Positions 18,131 through 28,127 of a stretch of DNA of 64,000 bases are shown in pieces. The stretch is taken from NCBI GenBank assembly GCA_001818315.1, contig MHKF01000013.1:14612-78611 (forward strand), written 5' to 3'. How positions within the stretch are numbered: the first letter of the stretch is position 1; every line of letters begins with the position of its first letter. A program made the position numbers and the translations under genes. Origin of the DNA: Candidatus Kerfeldbacteria bacterium RIFCSPLOWO2_02_FULL_42_19. GTDB lineage: Bacteria > Patescibacteriota > Patescibacteriia > HO2-48-17. The notes under the pieces are model-generated. The model was not told the DNA's origin, made no database searches, and was given only the letters and a program-made list of their open reading frames with translations.

Positions 18131-20224
18131 ATGCTTAGACGTTTGATTTTTACTATTTTTTATGGTACAATGAAAGTAGTTCTAAAAATTAAAATTCATA
18201 AACGTATGCACAATTACGTTAAATCCCTTCTCGTGATCAGTGGGATTCTGTTCATTCCGAGTGTAACACATGCGGCTTTTGGTGACACGTCGACTTACTT
18301 TAGCCGGCAATATAATGCAGAAAATAGTGGTCTGCCTCCTTTGAAATCGTATCTTGATATGTCCCGATCTTTCGCAAAAAGTACCAAAAGCGATATTTTT
18401 ATTGCTGACACACAAAATAATGTCATTCGGTACTGGAAAATAAGACCTGATAAAGTCGCAACCTTTGCTGGTAACGGTCAATACGGCACGACCGATGGCG
18501 CTCGTCTTCTTGCAAATTTCCATAATCCCATGGGGATTACGATCGCGAACAACAATGATATGTATATTGTTGATACTGGAAATAGTACTATTCGCCGTAT
18601 TCGCGCTGCCACAGATAAAGATGGTGATGGATATGGAGACATGGTTGAAACTATTGTTGAAAAAAATGCTGGTTTACGAAGACCTCAGGGTCTTACCATT
18701 CGAGACAATGTTCTTTTTATCACTGATACAGGAAATAATCGAGTAGTACAAACTTCTTTGAATGGCGGGGTTCTGAAAGTTGTAGCCGATCGAATGCCAA
18801 CGCCATCGAAAATTGATTGGTATGGCAATCGCCTTTTCGTCATGCTGGAAGGCAATCAGTCTATCGAAGAATTTCATCTGAACGGAGTGCGAACCACGCA
18901 TAATCGACTTGTTGGTGGATTCCAGGACCTTGGTGCCATGCGCGTAGATGGCCGCTTCCTCTATGTTGCTGCCGGACGACAAGGAGTTTGGAATGAAATT
19001 TGGAAAATCGATCTTTTGGGTCCAAGGAATAAAAAACGACTTCTTGAAAGGCGTCGAGAAACAGAAATGCTTAATGATGCTTCCGACATGCTCTTCCGAA
19101 AAAATAAAGGTAAGAAAGAGCTCCTTATGCTCTTTAAAGGCGGCTCAAGTATTTTCCGCTTTGACGCAAAAGACGGCGCTAACGAAAAAATAGTCGTTGG
19201 TAAACAGCGGTACATGCATGAAATGGGGAGTAAATCGAATACACTCATCGGCAGACCAATTGACCTCATTCTTTCTCCTGATAAAACTCGCCTTCTCATG
19301 ACTGCGAATGACCGCATCCTCGAATTTAACCTGCTCACCGAAAAGTCACGTTTTATTGCTGGAAGCCCAATGGATAATTATGAAGAGGGTACGGGCGCTG
19401 AGGTACGCATGTCTGATCCTACGCAAATTGTCATGAAATCTGATGGAAAAACGCTCTACTTCGTGGACAGAAATAATCATCGCATTCGGAGTATCAATAC
19501 TTCGACAGGCGCAACTAAGTATCTGACTGGCGCTGGAGAAATCAATGCTTTTCGTTCCAATAATGGCTACCAAGAAGGTGGTCCATGCCCAACGACCTTT
19601 AAACCAAAAGCGAAGGGATGTGCATATTTTAATCGTCCTACGGGTATTGCACTCTCCAAAGATCAAAAGACACTCTATATTGCTGACGGTTCAAACAACC
19701 GAATCCGTATGGTGACTATTGCCACAGGGAAAACGAAACTCATTGCGGGTTCAGGAGTTGCCGGCTTTAAAGATGGTATGGGTGCTAGTGCCAAGTTTAA
19801 TGGCCCATATACTTTAGCGCTTTCTAGCGATGGCAAATTCCTCTTTACAGCGGATAAATACAATCATGCCATTCGAAAAATTGATCTCAGCAATAATAAC
19901 GTCACAACATTGGTAGGTAAAGGCAAAGCAGGATACCGCGATGGCAATCTTGTGGATGCTTACTTGAATATTCCAGAATATCTACACATGGGCTCTGATG
20001 GAAAATTGTATTTTACCGAAGCTGGTAATTTCCGCATTCGAGTTATTGATTTTACCGCTGGCAAAACATATCTTGTCTCTGGTATCGGGGATCGCGGAGT
20101 AGCTGATGGTAACATAAGTGTCGCCACATGGGGACAACCTAAAGGTATAGTTCTGAAAGGCACAACATTGTTTGTTGCGGATTATCTCAACGACAAAGTC
20201 CGGAAGATTGATGTAGGACAATAA
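18131..20224 (+). CDS. secreted NHL-repeat beta-propeller protein
   Basis: Signal peptide, then at least 8 NHL-type repeats (IADTQNNVIRYW, VDTGNSTIRRI, ITDTGNNRVVQ, VDRNNHRIRSI, IADGSNNRIRMV, TADKYNHAIRKI, TEAGNFRIRVI, VADYLNDKVRKI). Confidence 0.75.
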   Translation: MLRRLIFTIFYGTMKVVLKIKIHKRMHNYVKSLLVISGILFIPSVTHAAFGDTSTYFSRQYNAENSGLPPLKSYLDMSRSFAKSTKSDIFIADTQNNVIRYWKIRPDKVATFAGNGQYGTTDGARLLANFHNPMGITIANNNDMYIVDTGNSTIRRIRAATDKDGDGYGDMVETIVEKNAGLRRPQGLTIRDNVLFITDTGNNRVVQTSLNGGVLKVVADRMPTPSKIDWYGNRLFVMLEGNQSIEEFHLNGVRTTHNRLVGGFQDLGAMRVDGRFLYVAAGRQGVWNEIWKIDLLGPRNKKRLLERRRETEMLNDASDMLFRKNKGKKELLMLFKGGSSIFRFDAKDGANEKIVVGKQRYMHEMGSKSNTLIGRPIDLILSPDKTRLLMTANDRILEFNLLTEKSRFIAGSPMDNYEEGTGAEVRMSDPTQIVMKSDGKTLYFVDRNNHRIRSINTSTGATKYLTGAGEINAFRSNNGYQEGGPCPTTFKPKAKGCAYFNRPTGIALSKDQKTLYIADGSNNRIRMVTIATGKTKLIAGSGVAGFKDGMGASAKFNGPYTLALSSDGKFLFTADKYNHAIRKIDLSNNNVTTLVGKGKAGYRDGNLVDAYLNIPEYLHMGSDGKLYFTEAGNFRIRVIDFTAGKTYLVSGIGDRGVADGNISVATWGQPKGIVLKGTTLFVADYLNDKVRKIDVGQ

Positions 20225-20275
20225 GAAAGTTTTGGTAAACGATCTTCTCGATTCAGTCTCCGGTTCCACAGCTTA

Positions 20276-20312
20276 CAAAAACTGCCAATAACGGCAGTTT
20301 TTGTATTTCGAG
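20276..20312 (+). terminator. rho-independent terminator after the NHL gene
   Basis: ACTGCC-AATAAC-GGCAGT hairpin followed by TTTTTGTATTT. Confidence 0.5.
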
Positions 20313-20323
20313 TTGTATTTTAA

Positions 20324-20483
20324 GATAGTCGCCGAAGATCGTTTCTTATCCAAAGTAAAAAATAAAAGAGGAGGAAGACTCTTGCTTTCGAAGCACTCAC
20401 ACTGCATAGTGTGCTGAGAAAGGAGAGTCTGCCCCCTCTTTTGTTATGCGCATTGCACAGGAAACGATATTTGGCGACTATCT
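20324..20483 (+). repeat. MITE-like element, type A, divergent copy
   Basis: Degenerate TIRs GATAGTCGCCGAAG...TTTGGCGACTATC, stem AAGAGGAGGAAGACTCT/AGAGTCTGCCCCCTCTT, conserved core CTTTCGAAGCACTCACACTGCATAGTGTGCTGAGAAAG. Confidence 0.65.
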
Positions 20484-20604
20484 CATTTTGTGAGATAAGC
20501 TCGAGTTATTGCCCTTGCGGCGATGACGCCAAAAATTCATCTTTGACACCTGTATGAAAAATTGTTATATTTTGCTTACTTAGGCTTGAAAATGCCTTGA
20601 TCAA

Positions 20605-20676
20605 GGCCCCATCGTCTAGTGGTTAGGACATCAGGTTTTCATCCTGGAAACGGGGGTTCGACTCCCCCTGGGGTCG
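20605..20676 (+). tRNA. tRNA-Glu(TTC)
   Basis: GGCCCCA acceptor, anticodon loop TTTTCAT, T-arm GGGGGTTCGACTCCCCC. Confidence 0.8.
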
Positions 20677-20677
20677 C

Positions 20678-21142
20678 CTACATCAACTTTTTTTGAAAAA
20701 GTTTCACCCAATAGCCCAGGACTCCAGCAACCACCGCAACATTCAGAGATGTTTTGCTTCCGAACATAGGAATGTGTACTACGGCGTCAGCGAGTTCGAG
20801 AATTTTGTTATGATGTCCTTCACGTTCAGGACCAAATACGAGCGCAACACGGTTCGGCCAAACTATATTTCGCATATCAATACTTGAATCTGTTTTTTCT
20901 GCCGCAAAAATTTTCACGCCTTGAGCTCGCAGTTCCTTAAACACGACACCCAGTTCCCATGATTTTTCCCATGCAACGAAATTTTCCGCACCTAAGGCAG
21001 TCTTGTGAATTTCCGGATGCGGTGGAATCGGTGTAATTCCACATAAATAAACGTATGCTACCGAAAGAGCATCTGCGGTGCGAAAAATAGAACCCACATT
21101 GAATCGACTACGAATATTATCGAGAATAAAATAGAGTTCCAT
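20678..21142 (-). CDS. SPOUT-family RNA 2'-O-methyltransferase (TrmH/TrmL-like)
   Basis: 154 aa. The N-terminal NIRSRFNVGSIFRTADA motif and the C-terminal knot region match SpoU. Confidence 0.7.
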   Translation of the reverse strand: MELYFILDNIRSRFNVGSIFRTADALSVAYVYLCGITPIPPHPEIHKTALGAENFVAWEKSWELGVVFKELRAQGVKIFAAEKTDSSIDMRNIVWPNRVALVFGPEREGHHNKILELADAVVHIPMFGSKTSLNVAVVAGVLGYWVKLFQKKLM

Positions 21143-21224
21143 AAAATTTGAACTCGAATAGCCTTCACTTTACCTATACTATGCGCGAGTTGTATAATAA
21201 TGACAAGAGTTTTATTTCAAAACA

Positions 21225-21773
21225 ATGTCAGAAGAAAAACAAACATTTGTTCAGCGTTTACAATCTTTGAGTGAAGTTGACTTTGATGATGTCGAAGACG
21301 CTGAAGACTTTTTTAGTAGACAAGCAGCTGAGACTGCTCAAGCAAATCTCAGTGCGCAAACAGTAAAAACCTCAGGTCAGGCATCCGAACCTCAAGATGA
21401 AGGACTTGAACGTTGGCTTTCGGAGACAAGTTTTGATGGCCAACTTGCGGTCGATGTATTCCAAACATCGCAACACATCGTCATTCAATCAACTATTGCC
21501 GGAGTACATCCTGAAGACGTTGATATTTCCTTCCATAATGACACACTCACGATCAAGGGTTTACGCAGAAAACCTGTAACTATTCCGGAAGAAGATTATC
21601 TCTATAGTGAATGCTACTGGGGAGGTTTTTCACGTTCCATTATTCTACCAGTTGATGTTCATGAAGATAAAATTGCGGCGCAGATGGAAAATGGCGTGTT
21701 GACAATCACTATTCCAAAAAAAGAAACTGCAGATTCACGTAAAATTCGAGTGAAAGAAATTCCTCTTACATGA
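21225..21773 (+). CDS. Hsp20/alpha-crystallin family small heat-shock protein
   Basis: Alpha-crystallin domain (LAVDVFQT..., I-x-I block ENGVLTITIPK) with an acidic N-terminal extension. Confidence 0.85.
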   Translation: MSEEKQTFVQRLQSLSEVDFDDVEDAEDFFSRQAAETAQANLSAQTVKTSGQASEPQDEGLERWLSETSFDGQLAVDVFQTSQHIVIQSTIAGVHPEDVDISFHNDTLTIKGLRRKPVTIPEEDYLYSECYWGGFSRSIILPVDVHEDKIAAQMENGVLTITIPKKETADSRKIRVKEIPLT

Positions 21774-22036
21774 GTACCACACCCAATCATCTTCCGTATA
21801 CTCTCCATGTTACTGTTGAATCAGAGACTGTACAGAAAGTGATTCTTATCACAGAAGACGGTGATCGCATTGAATGGCCGAAACATGCTTTTCCACAAGC
21901 AATATTGAAAGGCGCAAAACTTACGATTGCGATCGTCAGCGATGAGATCAATCAGAAGGAGAGAGAAAAAATGGCGAAACAAATTTTGAATACGCTCCTA
22001 AAAACTCAGGAGGAGCCGCCGACGTCCCATCAATGA
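21770..22036 (+). CDS. small hypothetical protein, start overlaps the Hsp20 stop
   Basis: 88 aa. The ATGA overlap with the upstream gene suggests co-translation. No family recognised. Confidence 0.4.
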   Translation: MSTTPNHLPYTLHVTVESETVQKVILITEDGDRIEWPKHAFPQAILKGAKLTIAIVSDEINQKEREKMAKQILNTLLKTQEEPPTSHQ

Positions 22037-22070
22037 GAAAGAGGGTGAGAGATATACTGAAAAATAATGT

Positions 22071-23996
22071 ATGACAGCAAAAAAAGACCGTCAACACAGT
22101 CGAAAGTTTCATATTTGGTTAGGCACCCGTATTCTTATATGCGTTGCGATATGTATCGTCATCGCTCTTATCATCGCTACCGCATATTTTATTTTTTTTC
22201 AGAATTATCAACAGAAAATTTTTCCAGGCGTACAAGTTGCTGATTACCAACTCACTGGCTTTACGGCAAAAGAGGCGCTTGAAATGCTTGAGGTTCCAAC
22301 TGAAATCATACAAACACAGGGTTTGAAATACCAATGGCAAGATTATCAAGTGGCTGTCACTCCAACGATTGGCGGCGCTGATGAAGGTTCTTTTTCCTAT
22401 GATTTTATTACTTTCGACCTCAATACCACCGTGGCTCACGCCTATGCTGTTGGACGCAAGGGAACGTGGTCACAGAATATTCAAGAACAGTTACAAAGTT
22501 TGCTTTTTAGAAAAGCAATCCCTTTGGAATATACGATGGATCAAAAAGAACTTGTGAATATTCTCACAGAAAATTTTCAAGAATTTGAACAGCCGGCGAA
22601 AGACGCGCAACTTATTTTCGTTGATCATGAAGCGCGTGTACAGGAGGAATTTATTGGCAAAACTTTTGATTATCCGGCGCTTGTCATGACAACGAACGAA
22701 CATCTTCAGGACCTGAATACAGAACCTATCTTTCTTTCTTACATCGACGACGCACCACGTATCAAAACTAACGAAGCAAAAGAGCTTCTGACCGAAGCTC
22801 AAACGCTCGTGACCCTTGCACCCCTCACTCTCCATCATGAAGATCGTTCTTGGTCTATAACACAAGATAATTTAGAAAAGGCATTAGCGTTTCGATATAA
22901 TTCGAATGCGGAGATTTCACTCACGCTTGATTCTGTATTTTTTCGAGATTATCTGCAGAATATAGCGAAAGAAGTTTATGTGTCCGCGAAAGAAGGGAAA
23001 TTCGAAATTCGAGATGGAACTATGGTACAAATTCAGGAAAGTCAACTTGGAAAAGAAGTTGATATTGAAGCGAGTCTTGAAAAAATTTCCCAAGTTGTGA
23101 CACAAGAAAAACAATCTGACATTCAACTCGTGATGAAGGAAACAAAACCAAAAGTTACGGCCGAAAATGTCGATGATCTTGGTATTGTAGAAAAAATTGG
23201 AGAGGGTCGTTCCAATTTTGCAGGAAGTCCACGCAATCGCATTCTCAATATTAAGCACGGGGCTTCGAAACTCCACGGCATTTTGATAGCGCCCGAGGAA
23301 GAATTTTCTCTTGTTCGTGCCCTGCAGCCGTTTACTTTAGAAGATGGCTGGCTTCCCGAACTCGTTATTAAAGGAAATAAAACTGTGCCGGAAATTGGCG
23401 GTGGGGGGTGTCAACTTGGTACGACTACGTTTCGTGCGACGATGGGCAGCGGACTTCCTGTGACTGAAAGGCGAAGTCATTCATATGCTGTTTCCTATTA
23501 TTTTGAAAAATTCGATGCTGGGAAAGCAGTGCCAGGTACTGATGCAACGATCTACGAACCTTCTCCTGATTTTCGTTTTGTGAATGATACCGGTAATTAT
23601 ATTCTTTTCCAAACACGCGTCGAAGGGACCGAGCTGATTTTTGAATTCTGGGGTAAAAACGATGGACGTACGTCAGCGCGCACCAAACCAGTCATCTCGA
23701 ATTGGACCGCCCCGCCGCCGCGGAAAGAAATTCCCACCCCTGATCTTGCCCCGGGAGAAGTGAATTGTATTGAAAAACCGCACGCCGGTCTGAATGCGAC
23801 GTTTGATTACTTTGTAACGCTTACGAATGGAGAAACACGAAAGCAAACTTTTGATAGTCGTTATAAGGCTTGGCAGGAAGTGTGTCTTGTTGGCGTGACG
23901 CCTGCAGAAAAACCTCAATCTCAGTCTCAAGAGACTCCTAAGAACAATAATAACAACACGAATAAAAACCAGAATAACAATGCAAAAAAACAATAA
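22071..23996 (+). CDS. VanW-family protein (N-terminal TM anchor, low-complexity N/Q tail)
   Basis: 641 aa. The VanW core signature GGGGCQLGTTTFRATMGSGLPVTERRSHSY is present. Confidence 0.7.
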   Translation: MTAKKDRQHSRKFHIWLGTRILICVAICIVIALIIATAYFIFFQNYQQKIFPGVQVADYQLTGFTAKEALEMLEVPTEIIQTQGLKYQWQDYQVAVTPTIGGADEGSFSYDFITFDLNTTVAHAYAVGRKGTWSQNIQEQLQSLLFRKAIPLEYTMDQKELVNILTENFQEFEQPAKDAQLIFVDHEARVQEEFIGKTFDYPALVMTTNEHLQDLNTEPIFLSYIDDAPRIKTNEAKELLTEAQTLVTLAPLTLHHEDRSWSITQDNLEKALAFRYNSNAEISLTLDSVFFRDYLQNIAKEVYVSAKEGKFEIRDGTMVQIQESQLGKEVDIEASLEKISQVVTQEKQSDIQLVMKETKPKVTAENVDDLGIVEKIGEGRSNFAGSPRNRILNIKHGASKLHGILIAPEEEFSLVRALQPFTLEDGWLPELVIKGNKTVPEIGGGGCQLGTTTFRATMGSGLPVTERRSHSYAVSYYFEKFDAGKAVPGTDATIYEPSPDFRFVNDTGNYILFQTRVEGTELIFEFWGKNDGRTSARTKPVISNWTAPPPRKEIPTPDLAPGEVNCIEKPHAGLNATFDYFVTLTNGETRKQTFDSRYKAWQEVCLVGVTPAEKPQSQSQETPKNNNNNTNKNQNNNAKKQ

Positions 23997-24215
23997 AAAG
24001 CCGGAAAACAGCAGACAAGGATGCATTCTTAAGAGAAACGTTGAGCGCAAAGCCCGACATAACCTTTAAAAATGATCCCGCTTGTCGTGTCTGCTGGTTT
24101 CCAGCCTTTTTTATGAGGAACTGTGCAATTTCTGTGAATGACAAACAAGCATAACATACATGTTATTTTTTGTCAAGATTTCGAAAAAACCCTCAATTTG
24201 GTATCCTCACAACAT

Positions 24216-25235
24216 ATGGATGATCCTGTTATTATGCCTCTCGAACAAGAGGAAGACAAAACTTTAGAACGAACTCTTCGTCCGAAAACAATCCGTGACT
24301 ATTTTGGACAAGAACGTGTCAAAGAAAATCTCCGTATCTTTATGGAAGCAGCGAGACAGCGAAAAGATGTTCTTGAGCATGTTCTATTGTATGGCCCACC
24401 GGGTTTAGGGAAAACAACACTTGCATATATTATTGCTCGGGAAATGAGCGTGAATATCAAGGTGACTTCTGGACTTGCTATTGAGCGGTCTGGGGATCTT
24501 GCCGCTATCCTAACGAGTCTTGAGAAAGGCGATGTTTTGTTTATTGATGAAATTCATCGTTTACGACGCCTCATTGAAGAAGTACTCTATCCCGCTATGG
24601 AGGAATTTTCCCTTGATCTTGTGGTAGGTAAAGGTCCTGGAGCAAAAACGCTCCGTCTCGATCTTCAAAAATTTACCCTCATCGGTGCTACGACGCGCAT
24701 GAGCTTATTATCTTCTCCGCTCCGTGATCGCTTTGGCAATATTTTTCGTATAGAATATTATGAAGATAAAGAAATAACGCAGATTCTTAAACGCTCGGCT
24801 CGGATTCTGAAAGTCGAATTGCCAGAAGATGTTGCGGCGTTACTTGCAAAGCGCTCGCGGAAGACGCCTCGAGTTGCGAATCGTCTCCTCAAACGCGTAA
24901 GAGACTACGCGCAAATTCGAAACAATGGAAAAATCATACGCGCGCTGGCTGAGGAAGCTCTCTCAAAACTTGCGATCGACCACATGGGTCTGGATTTTAC
25001 CGATAGGAAAATTTTGCAGACGATTATTGAAAATTTTCAAGGCGGACCTGTAGGGCTCGAGACAATTGCCGCAATAACCGCCGAAGAATTGGAAACGATT
25101 GCTACGGTGCATGAGCCATTTCTTCTGCAAATGGGCCTCTTAGCTCGAACGACGCGAGGAAGAATTGCAACACATGCAGCTTACGCTCATTTACATAAAA
25201 TCGCGCCTGTTGAACTTCAAACAAAACTTTTATAA
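24216..25235 (+). CDS. ruvB: Holliday junction branch-migration helicase RuvB
   Basis: [13 protein letters not shown], Walker [10 protein letters not shown], Walker [10 protein letters not shown], and the sensor and winged-helix regions are collinear with RuvB. Confidence 0.9.
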   Translation: MDDPVIMPLEQEEDKTLERTLRPKTIRDYFGQERVKENLRIFMEAARQRKDVLEHVLLYGPPGLGKTTLAYIIAREMSVNIKVTSGLAIERSGDLAAILTSLEKGDVLFIDEIHRLRRLIEEVLYPAMEEFSLDLVVGKGPGAKTLRLDLQKFTLIGATTRMSLLSSPLRDRFGNIFRIEYYEDKEITQILKRSARILKVELPEDVAALLAKRSRKTPRVANRLLKRVRDYAQIRNNGKIIRALAEEALSKLAIDHMGLDFTDRKILQTIIENFQGGPVGLETIAAITAEELETIATVHEPFLLQMGLLARTTRGRIATHAAYAHLHKIAPVELQTKLL

Positions 25236-25239
25236 ACCC

Positions 25240-25509
25240 ATGGAAATACCTGCTTTTATCATCCTTATTGTTTACGGGGTCATCGTTTTCCTTTTTTGTA
25301 TACTCGCCTTCTTTAATATCTATCATGCCATCCGTTTCGGGATTTTCGATACTGCTGTAAAATTCGTCACACTTATTTTTATTCTTGTATCCTTGGGGAT
25401 ATTCTTTATTACAGGACTTTTTCTTGCTGAAAGTCATTGGAGAGACGCGAAATTCTTTATTGATATCCCTACCTTTTCTGCGGATACTTCCAAAAATGTA
25501 CGTAACTAG
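25240..25509 (+). CDS. small membrane protein (two TM helices)
   Basis: About 89 aa. The start falls 5 nt after the ruvB stop. No family recognised. Confidence 0.4.
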   Translation: MEIPAFIILIVYGVIVFLFCILAFFNIYHAIRFGIFDTAVKFVTLIFILVSLGIFFITGLFLAESHWRDAKFFIDIPTFSADTSKNVRN

Positions 25510-25510
25510 T

Positions 25511-26080
25511 ATGTCAAACATACAGAAAATACACTTTCCAGGACAACACCACAATGAACGTATCTTCCTTGTGATTCGTAGACACTGGCTCATGTTTGCA
25601 AAACATGTTTTTTGGCTTCTCTTTATGGCGGCTCTCCCGATTCTTATTTTGCTGCTTATTAATATTTTTCTGACTGATTTTTTTGTGCCCGATGATTTTT
25701 TTACTATACTCATCGTTTGTGGCGTCTCGACTTATTATTTATTTATCTGGGTGTTTTTCTTTCGTGATTTTCTTGATTTTTATCTCGATGTTTGGATTCT
25801 CACTGATGAACGTATTGTGAGTATTGAACAATTAGGTCTTTTCCACCGAGTTGTTTCTGAGGTCAATCTTACAAAGATTCAAGATGTTACGAGTATCGTC
25901 AGAGGAGCGTTTGCAACCTTCTTTAATTATGGCGAAACACATATCCAATCCGCTGGCTCTGAAAAGCGTTTTATTTTCCGACAAATACCGGACCCTAACG
26001 GCATTGCTCGTACGATCTTAACTTTGCATGATAGCGCTCGCCAAAGTTCCGATCAATACCATGAAACTCGCCCTCTTTAA
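25511..26080 (+). CDS. membrane protein with a bacterial PH domain (YdbS/YdbT-like, bPH_2)
   Basis: Two N-terminal TM helices, then a PH-like domain with a pattern like that of the YdbT family (TDERIVSIEQLGLFHRVVSEV...ETHIQSAGSE...FRQIPDPNGI). Confidence 0.5.
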   Translation: MSNIQKIHFPGQHHNERIFLVIRRHWLMFAKHVFWLLFMAALPILILLLINIFLTDFFVPDDFFTILIVCGVSTYYLFIWVFFFRDFLDFYLDVWILTDERIVSIEQLGLFHRVVSEVNLTKIQDVTSIVRGAFATFFNYGETHIQSAGSEKRFIFRQIPDPNGIARTILTLHDSARQSSDQYHETRPL

Positions 26081-26095
26081 TTATCAATTTTTCTA

Positions 26096-26135
26096 TGATC
26101 AAAATGTATTTTTCACAGACGAAAGCGTATTCGGT
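26096..26135 (-). repeat. solo MITE TIR remnant (TTCACAGACGAAAGCGTATTCGGTGACATC)
   Basis: Matches the TIR in the reverse-complement orientation. It sits in the convergent intergenic region. Confidence 0.5.
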
Positions 26136-26192
26136 GACATCTCCAAAATAATTTCGCTTTTATTTTTGGGACACGGTGCTTACCAAAACAAC

Positions 26193-28124
26193 TTACCAAC
26201 CTCCACCGCCGCCACCGCCACCTCCTCCAGACCCACCGCTACCGCCAAAACCAGATGAACTACTCGGTGCGTGCGATGCCGAAGCAATTGAAGACGAAAA
26301 ACTATTGCCGAGCGAAGATGCAAACAGCGCAGGGTTTATCGCCTGAAAGTTTGCGCCTGCATACCACATAGGAGTGTAGGTTGCTTCTTCCTGACTTGCT
26401 TTTACAAGGACATCGGTAAATTGTTCTGCCCACGCATGTTCGACATCGAGCGCAATGGCATACGGTAAGTATTTTTCAAAAAGTTCAGGGGTACGCTCCG
26501 GTGGATTATGAAAATTCAGACGATCCTTTTCGGTCATCGAAAGGAAAAGTCTAAAACCTTCAATTTCATCAACAAGCTTTCGACCTGCAAATGTTCGTTG
26601 TCGCAACACTCGGTAAAAAATCGCGTGTATTCCGACGCTTGCGAAAACAACGAATCCAAGCCACAGCGATGCTTCTTGGTAGAACGCAACAATGAGAATA
26701 ATACCTACCCCCGTGAGTACAAGGTTCAAACAACCCGAAGCGAAAACTGCAAATATGTAATGCCGACGCTTTGCTTTTTGAAATCGGGCGAGCCGGATGA
26801 GCCTCAAACTTTGTTTGATGAGTAGTGCGTTTATAAAAATGAATGCGATGATGATTCCACTTCCGAATGCTGTAAGATTTCCCTGTGAGGTTAACATAAA
26901 TCCGATAACGGAAGTGCTGAGAGAAATAAAAACTCCTAAGAGAAACCACGGGATGTTGAGTCGAAAAAATTCTGATTGTAAGCGATCTCGTAAAATCTTT
27001 TTGAGTGTTTTTTGAGCCTCGCTGATAATAAGATGATTGGTGTTTTTGAGTTTTAAAGAGCGATGTCCGCTTGGAAAAAGTTTATCCAAAAATTTTTGCT
27101 CTTCTTCATACAGCTTCGCGATGTCGTCACGTATGCGATGAACGGTATATGTGTGCTGTTTTTCTTCGATTCTGAGTATTCCCTTGACGCACAGATCAAT
27201 AAGAGTGGCAGCGAAAATTTTGTTATCATAGCGCATATGTGCCACAAAGCGTAATGCGGCTGGAGAGAATTGTTGCGGTGGAGTATACTGTGGCACGATT
27301 ATATTACGACGTGGATCGCGTCCAACACATACCCACGCAATAATATAATAAATAACGAGGATAAGAAAACCGACACCGGCAATGAGGAGTCCACGATTGT
27401 CAGTGAGAAAATATTGCCAACGCAATTGCTGTGAAGGTTCTGCTATAAAACCTTTAGGCCATCCTACGACGATAGTCAAACCTTCTCCGTTATGCAACAT
27501 GCGTATTGCAGTAAAATGGAGTGTATTGTCCGCTGCTTTTTCAAATGTATAATCTGTGCCGCGATCACCCGTTGATCCTGTATAGGCAGTAGTCGTGATC
27601 TTTTCGAACGGCACTGCAGAAGGTAGGTGCACAAAAGCTTCAGCTTTTTCAATAGGGAATGCCCAATCATTCCCTGTAACGTTCCAATACAGTTCATCGT
27701 GCGTTTCAAAAAATCCCAATTGTCTGTCAGTCGCATATGTGATGCTGTAAGTATAAACTCCTGGTTTCAAAAAAACGTTTTCTTCTCCGATATACAGCCG
27801 TTTTCCATTTGCAAGTGTCTCGAGAAAATAAGGTTCTGGCTTATTATCTTTGAGAACTTTTTGAACCTGGAAACTCACGCTTTTATGAAAGCCACGATCA
27901 CGATACAACGTGGGGAAATCACGAAAAATTCCTCGCTTGATACTGTCACCGATCGCAAATACTTGTATCGTTTCCGTTACAATCATCGAGCCATCTTCCT
28001 GAACGGTAATGTCACTTGTAAAGGAAAAGATACGTTCAGAAATAGCGTGCGCTTGCGAAATCAAAAGGAATACAAAGAAAACAAGACTCAATAGAACAGA
28101 TATTTTATAACCCTGTTTCAACAT
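26193..28124 (-). CDS. DUF2207 family membrane protein with a Gly-rich C-terminus
   Basis: 643 aa: signal peptide, DUF2207 N-terminal domain ([20 protein letters not shown]), multiple TM helices, and a [19 protein letters not shown] tail. Confidence 0.75.
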   Translation of the reverse strand: MLKQGYKISVLLSLVFFVFLLISQAHAISERIFSFTSDITVQEDGSMIVTETIQVFAIGDSIKRGIFRDFPTLYRDRGFHKSVSFQVQKVLKDNKPEPYFLETLANGKRLYIGEENVFLKPGVYTYSITYATDRQLGFFETHDELYWNVTGNDWAFPIEKAEAFVHLPSAVPFEKITTTAYTGSTGDRGTDYTFEKAADNTLHFTAIRMLHNGEGLTIVVGWPKGFIAEPSQQLRWQYFLTDNRGLLIAGVGFLILVIYYIIAWVCVGRDPRRNIIVPQYTPPQQFSPAALRFVAHMRYDNKIFAATLIDLCVKGILRIEEKQHTYTVHRIRDDIAKLYEEEQKFLDKLFPSGHRSLKLKNTNHLIISEAQKTLKKILRDRLQSEFFRLNIPWFLLGVFISLSTSVIGFMLTSQGNLTAFGSGIIIAFIFINALLIKQSLRLIRLARFQKAKRRHYIFAVFASGCLNLVLTGVGIILIVAFYQEASLWLGFVVFASVGIHAIFYRVLRQRTFAGRKLVDEIEGFRLFLSMTEKDRLNFHNPPERTPELFEKYLPYAIALDVEHAWAEQFTDVLVKASQEEATYTPMWYAGANFQAINPALFASSLGNSFSSSIASASHAPSSSSGFGGSGGSGGGGGGGGGGW

Positions 28125-28127
28125 ATT

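Noticed and set aside
24000-24120. Long-range imperfect inverted repeat (GCCGGAAAACAGCAGACA ... TGTCTGCTGGTTTCCAGCC followed by TTTTTTAT) after the VanW gene as a terminator
   Set aside because: The stem is imperfect and encloses a ~70-nt loop. It is possibly a terminator or attenuator, but it is too irregular to call as a feature.
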